From the NCBI GenBank assembly GCA_963741395.1, contig CAVUHV010000001.1, positions 222,826 to 286,825 of the forward strand: a stretch of 64,000 nucleotides of DNA, written 5' to 3'. Below, piece by piece: positions 60,495 through 64,000 of this stretch (the stretch's first letter is position 1; each line of letters begins with the position of its first letter). The notes beneath the pieces are model-generated. The model searched no databases. It worked only from the letters and a program-made list of their open reading frames with translations, and had not been told where the DNA came from. The position numbers and the translations under genes are program-made. Source of the DNA: an uncultured Acidobacteriaceae bacterium (lineage in GTDB: Bacteria > Acidobacteriota > Terriglobia > Terriglobales > Acidobacteriaceae).

Positions 60495-62626
60495 CGGCTG
60501 GGTCCTGCGTTATGGGTTGGGTCTGGAACCGGAGGCGAACCGGCGCTCGGCTCCCGCAGCGCCAGCCAGTCTTTCTGGTAGGCGAAGCTCACCGTCATCA
60601 GCAGCGCGCCAAGTCCCAGGAAGTTGACGACGCGGTAGCCCTGGCTGAGGTTGCGCATGTCGTACAAGAAAACCTTGGCAATGGTGAAGACGATCAGCAG
60701 CAGCGCCTGCCATCGAATAAACGCGGTGCGCTTCCAGAAGCCGACAGCAAGCAGCAGTCCGCCATAGATCATCAGAAAGGCCGAGACCGCGAGAGCCTGC
60801 TGCAATTGCACCTCGGGTGCGGTCGAAGTATTGGGCCAAAACGCCTCGATCTCCCGCTCCCCCGTGAGCACAGCGATCAGATTGATTGCAATGATCGAGC
60901 CACCGGCAATCTGCTGCCAAAAGATGGCATGCGCTTCGTCTGTCTGGCTGATGCGATACGCAATCCAGGCGACCCCGGCAATCGTCGCGATGCCAACCAG
61001 TGCCATCGCGAAGTCCGAGTTCACAAATGCCTGGTGTCCATATAAGGATAAGGTTGACCGCGACGTCAGGATCTCGCGCACGCACAGCAGCAGCGCAACC
61101 AGCTCAACGGCAACCAGGCACCCGGTGGCAAATCGCGACCAGATATCTGGCCCCACGGGGCTCGCGCGAAAGGCGAGCCACGCCGCAGCTCCCAGCGCGG
61201 CGACACCTACAAGTGCAGCCGAGAAGTCAGAGTTGAACAGAGGCTGACTAGACGTGTTTTCGAACCAGAATCCCTGGCTGATCAACCCGCACAGCCCCAG
61301 CACAAATGCTCCCGCCGAGAGCCACCGGAGCACCCGCGATGGAGACGAGGCGGTCCCCGCGACGCGCGTAGCCACCCATGCGAGGGCCAGCCCTTCCACC
61401 AGCCAGGCCACCGTAATCCAGTGGCCGCTCGCCTTCAGTGGAATCGCAATCGTAAGGAAGACGACCGCGATCGAAAGATGCATTGCCGCTGCGACCTCGC
61501 TCTGAGGCATTCGCATCAGCACAAGGTAAATCGCCGCCAGCGCCACCATCAGCCACGGCAGCCCCGCATGATGGCCTGAATCCTGAAGCACTGAGTAAAG
61601 CGCCAGCGAGACAAACGCCGCATTCCAGAAGGGAAGGAGAATCTGTGTTGTAACGTAGCCCGGCCCGTATCCCTTCGGTTCGCCGCCTTCGGCGCTCCTC
61701 TCACCTGGACGCGATGGACGAAGGGGAACACTCGCAAACGCGAGAAAGAACAGCATCACAAAAGTCGCAGTAATCGCCAACTCACCGGCCACGAAAAACT
61801 GGATATACCAGCCAATGAAGTAGACAACCGTCGCTGGAAAGGCTCCCAGCAGCAATCGAGCCCAGGGCTTCAGACGGACGAGCAGCACCGTAACCGCATC
61901 GATCGCCAGCAGGTAGCTGAACAGAAACACCTCATGGTTCCCGCCCGTCGAGAGCAGGAGCGGCGTTGCAAACCCTCCGGCGACAGCGTAAGCGGCCAGC
62001 AGCTCCGAGTCCTGCGCCCAGGCCATGTATGCATTCCACGCCGTCACCAGAATCATCCCGGCCAGCGCTGCTCCCGCAGGCAACAGATGATAAAGCTGAA
62101 AGGCCGCCCACAGTGACAGATACAACACACCGCTGCCGATAGCCTTCAGCGAGTAGGAAAATCCCGCGAAGCCCTTCCGTCGGAACCGCTCTGACCAGAG
62201 GACGAGTCCCGCACCTGCGATCAGCCCGATGACGATGCGCCCCACTGGCCCAATCACGTGGTTATCAACCGCCAACTTCAAACCGAGCGCTGAGCCAATA
62301 AGCAGAACGAAGATCCCGATGCGATTGAAGACCTGCGCACCCAGCCTGCTCTCAAGCGACGGCGCAGCAGGCGAGGGCGTCGCGAGCGAAGCAATCGGCG
62401 GCGGAGGCGGAGGAGTGAACTGTATTCCCTCCGGAGGCGAAGCTACCGCCGGTTTCTCTTCAACCGTTCGAAAAGGTACGGCCTCCCGCGGAGCAGGCGG
62501 TGCAGCTGCCCCGCGCATATCCGCAAGCTGTCGCTCGAGTGCAGCCACGCGGGCCGACAGACCAGCGAGCTCGGCCACTAACCCCGAACCCGGGTCTGAT
62601 TGCTGCGAAAACTTCTCCTCACCCAT
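60491..62626 (-). CDS. DUF2339 polytopic membrane protein
   Basis: LESRLGAQVFNRIG, many TM helices, KVFLYD...YRVVNFLGLG; start set at ATG 62626. Confidence 0.85.
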   Translation of the reverse strand: MGEEKFSQQSDPGSGLVAELAGLSARVAALERQLADMRGAAAPPAPREAVPFRTVEEKPAVASPPEGIQFTPPPPPPIASLATPSPAAPSLESRLGAQVFNRIGIFVLLIGSALGLKLAVDNHVIGPVGRIVIGLIAGAGLVLWSERFRRKGFAGFSYSLKAIGSGVLYLSLWAAFQLYHLLPAGAALAGMILVTAWNAYMAWAQDSELLAAYAVAGGFATPLLLSTGGNHEVFLFSYLLAIDAVTVLLVRLKPWARLLLGAFPATVVYFIGWYIQFFVAGELAITATFVMLFFLAFASVPLRPSRPGERSAEGGEPKGYGPGYVTTQILLPFWNAAFVSLALYSVLQDSGHHAGLPWLMVALAAIYLVLMRMPQSEVAAAMHLSIAVVFLTIAIPLKASGHWITVAWLVEGLALAWVATRVAGTASSPSRVLRWLSAGAFVLGLCGLISQGFWFENTSSQPLFNSDFSAALVGVAALGAAAWLAFRASPVGPDIWSRFATGCLVAVELVALLLCVREILTSRSTLSLYGHQAFVNSDFAMALVGIATIAGVAWIAYRISQTDEAHAIFWQQIAGGSIIAINLIAVLTGEREIEAFWPNTSTAPEVQLQQALAVSAFLMIYGGLLLAVGFWKRTAFIRWQALLLIVFTIAKVFLYDMRNLSQGYRVVNFLGLGALLMTVSFAYQKDWLALREPSAGSPPVPDPTHNAGPSR

Positions 62627-62686
62627 GGCAACTACTGTACCCTCAGTTGCTCCGGACTGGCACAGGAAACCGGCGCTTGATACTCT

Positions 62687-63430
62687 TTGGCGCAAATGGA
62701 TATCGACAAAACCTCGGTGCTGGTTGTGGACGACGATGCCGTCAGCCGTGAACTGCTGCTTCTCCTGCTGCTTCGAGAGGGCTACTCAGTCAACACCGCC
62801 GACTCAGGTGCGCAGGCCCTCAACTATTTGAGAGCGCAAGAGGGCGTCCTCCCACAGGTGATCCTCACGGATCTCCAGATGCCGGGCATCAGCGGAGCCA
62901 AACTGGCACGCGCCTTACGCGATCTCTGTTGTGCCCGCACCCTCCTGATCGCCATGAGCGGCAGCTCCCCCGACGAAGCCGTCTGCAACGACTATGACGC
63001 CTTCCTCTTGAAGCCTTTCACGATGGACCAGCTCGCAGCCGCCATCGCAGGCCGGCAGGTCGCACCCGCAGGATCTTCCTCCAAAGAAGAGGCGCCGGTT
63101 CTCGATGAAGCTATCTACGAAAAGCTCACCGCTTCCATGAGCGCGGACAAGCTCGCACGCTTGTTTGGCATGTGCCTCGATGACGTGACCAAACGTATCG
63201 GCATGATGTGTGAGGCCGTCTCCGCTGGCGACGATGCGTCGTATAAACGAGAGGCGCACGCCATCAAGGGAGGCTGCGGAATGGTCGGTGCACTCGAGCT
63301 GCAAAGACTTGCAACTACAATGGAAAATAAGGGTTTAGCTGCTAATCATGTAGCTACGTTCGATGAATTCCTGCTGGCCCGTGACCGCCTGAAGCGTATG
63401 CTGAACGCACGCGAAACCGCAACCATGTAG
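62687..63430 (+). CDS. Response regulator receiver plus Hpt domain
   Basis: VLVVDDD, LTDLQMP, LLKPF; EAHAIKGGCG phosphotransfer His. Confidence 0.88.
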   Translation: MAQMDIDKTSVLVVDDDAVSRELLLLLLLREGYSVNTADSGAQALNYLRAQEGVLPQVILTDLQMPGISGAKLARALRDLCCARTLLIAMSGSSPDEAVCNDYDAFLLKPFTMDQLAAAIAGRQVAPAGSSSKEEAPVLDEAIYEKLTASMSADKLARLFGMCLDDVTKRIGMMCEAVSAGDDASYKREAHAIKGGCGMVGALELQRLATTMENKGLAANHVATFDEFLLARDRLKRMLNARETATM

Positions 63431-63468
63431 CATCGCAACTTTCAGAAGTTGAGCAGGAGAATCCGCGC

Positions 63469-64000
63469 ATGAGTGAAGCCGTAAAAAAGTCAGAGACCGC
63501 CGCCCCTGGGGCTGCTATCCGCATCGTTGTCGCCGATGACCATCCGGTCGTCCGCTTCGGTGTAAAGAACATGCTGGAGCGCGAGCCCCATATCGAGGTC
63601 GTCGGCGAAGCCGAGGACGGCGACGACGCTATCACTCAGACTCTCGAACTTGAGCCGGACATTCTTCTATTGGACCTCATGATGCCGCGGCTGCCAGGCC
63701 TCGAAGCTATGCGCGCCATCATGAGTAAGTCGCCGCGCGTGAAGATTCTTCTCCTCACCAGCACCATCTCCACCCAGCAGATCATCGAGGCGCTCCAGAT
63801 CGGCGCACGCGGCATCGTCCTCAAAGACTCCGTCGCGGCTGACCTCGCGAAGGCACTGCGCGCGGTCATCTCCGGCGACTACTGGATCGGCGGCGAGCGC
63901 GTCGTCAATCTCGTCGCCGCGCTCAACGATCTGATGAAAAGGGCAGCTGAGTCGCCCGAGAAGAAGACCTACGGCCTCACACCCCGCGAACTCGAGGTCG
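63469..64000 (+). CDS. NarL/LuxR-family response regulator, C-terminus outside the window
   Basis: Hand translation: IVVADDHPVVR, LLDLMMP, IVLKD, GLTPRELEV. Absent from the ORF track. Confidence 0.9.
   Translation, partial: MSEAVKKSETAAPGAAIRIVVADDHPVVRFGVKNMLEREPHIEVVGEAEDGDDAITQTLELEPDILLLDLMMPRLPGLEAMRAIMSKSPRVKILLLTSTISTQQIIEALQIGARGIVLKDSVAADLAKALRAVISGDYWIGGERVVNLVAALNDLMKRAAESPEKKTYGLTPRELEV

Overview
Bacterial chromosome segment, probably Acidobacteriota (inferred from the protein families and a REP-like repeat; not verified). (i) 1-19.3 kb: accessory, heme-rich region. It holds a partial multiheme cytochrome c, a GH29 fucosidase, a divergent cluster of catalase-like protein, GMC oxidoreductase, DyP peroxidase and di-heme cytochrome, and a TPR / penta-heme / Tat-exported CRTAC1 cluster. 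(ii) 19,359-40,166: a ~20.8 kb tyrosine-integrase island in tRNA-Cys, bounded by a perfect 45-bp direct repeat. Its porin-thiC-thiO-thiS-thiG block is intact, but neighbouring cargo (ThDP decarboxylase, panE, multi-PAS sigma54 activator, histidine kinase) is pseudogenised. (iii) 40.2-64 kb: housekeeping backbone (peroxiredoxin, PhzF-family, recG, ABC transporter, queA, polA, xseA, glmM, response regulators). The two best observations not in the ORF track are a Cys4 leader-peptide attenuator upstream of a 1-Cys peroxiredoxin and tRNA-Cys (41,106-40,972, minus strand), and a ~370-nt structured leader whose long-range helix covers the initiation region of an orphan response regulator (42,427-42,792). 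All RNA pairings were read by eye, not computed.
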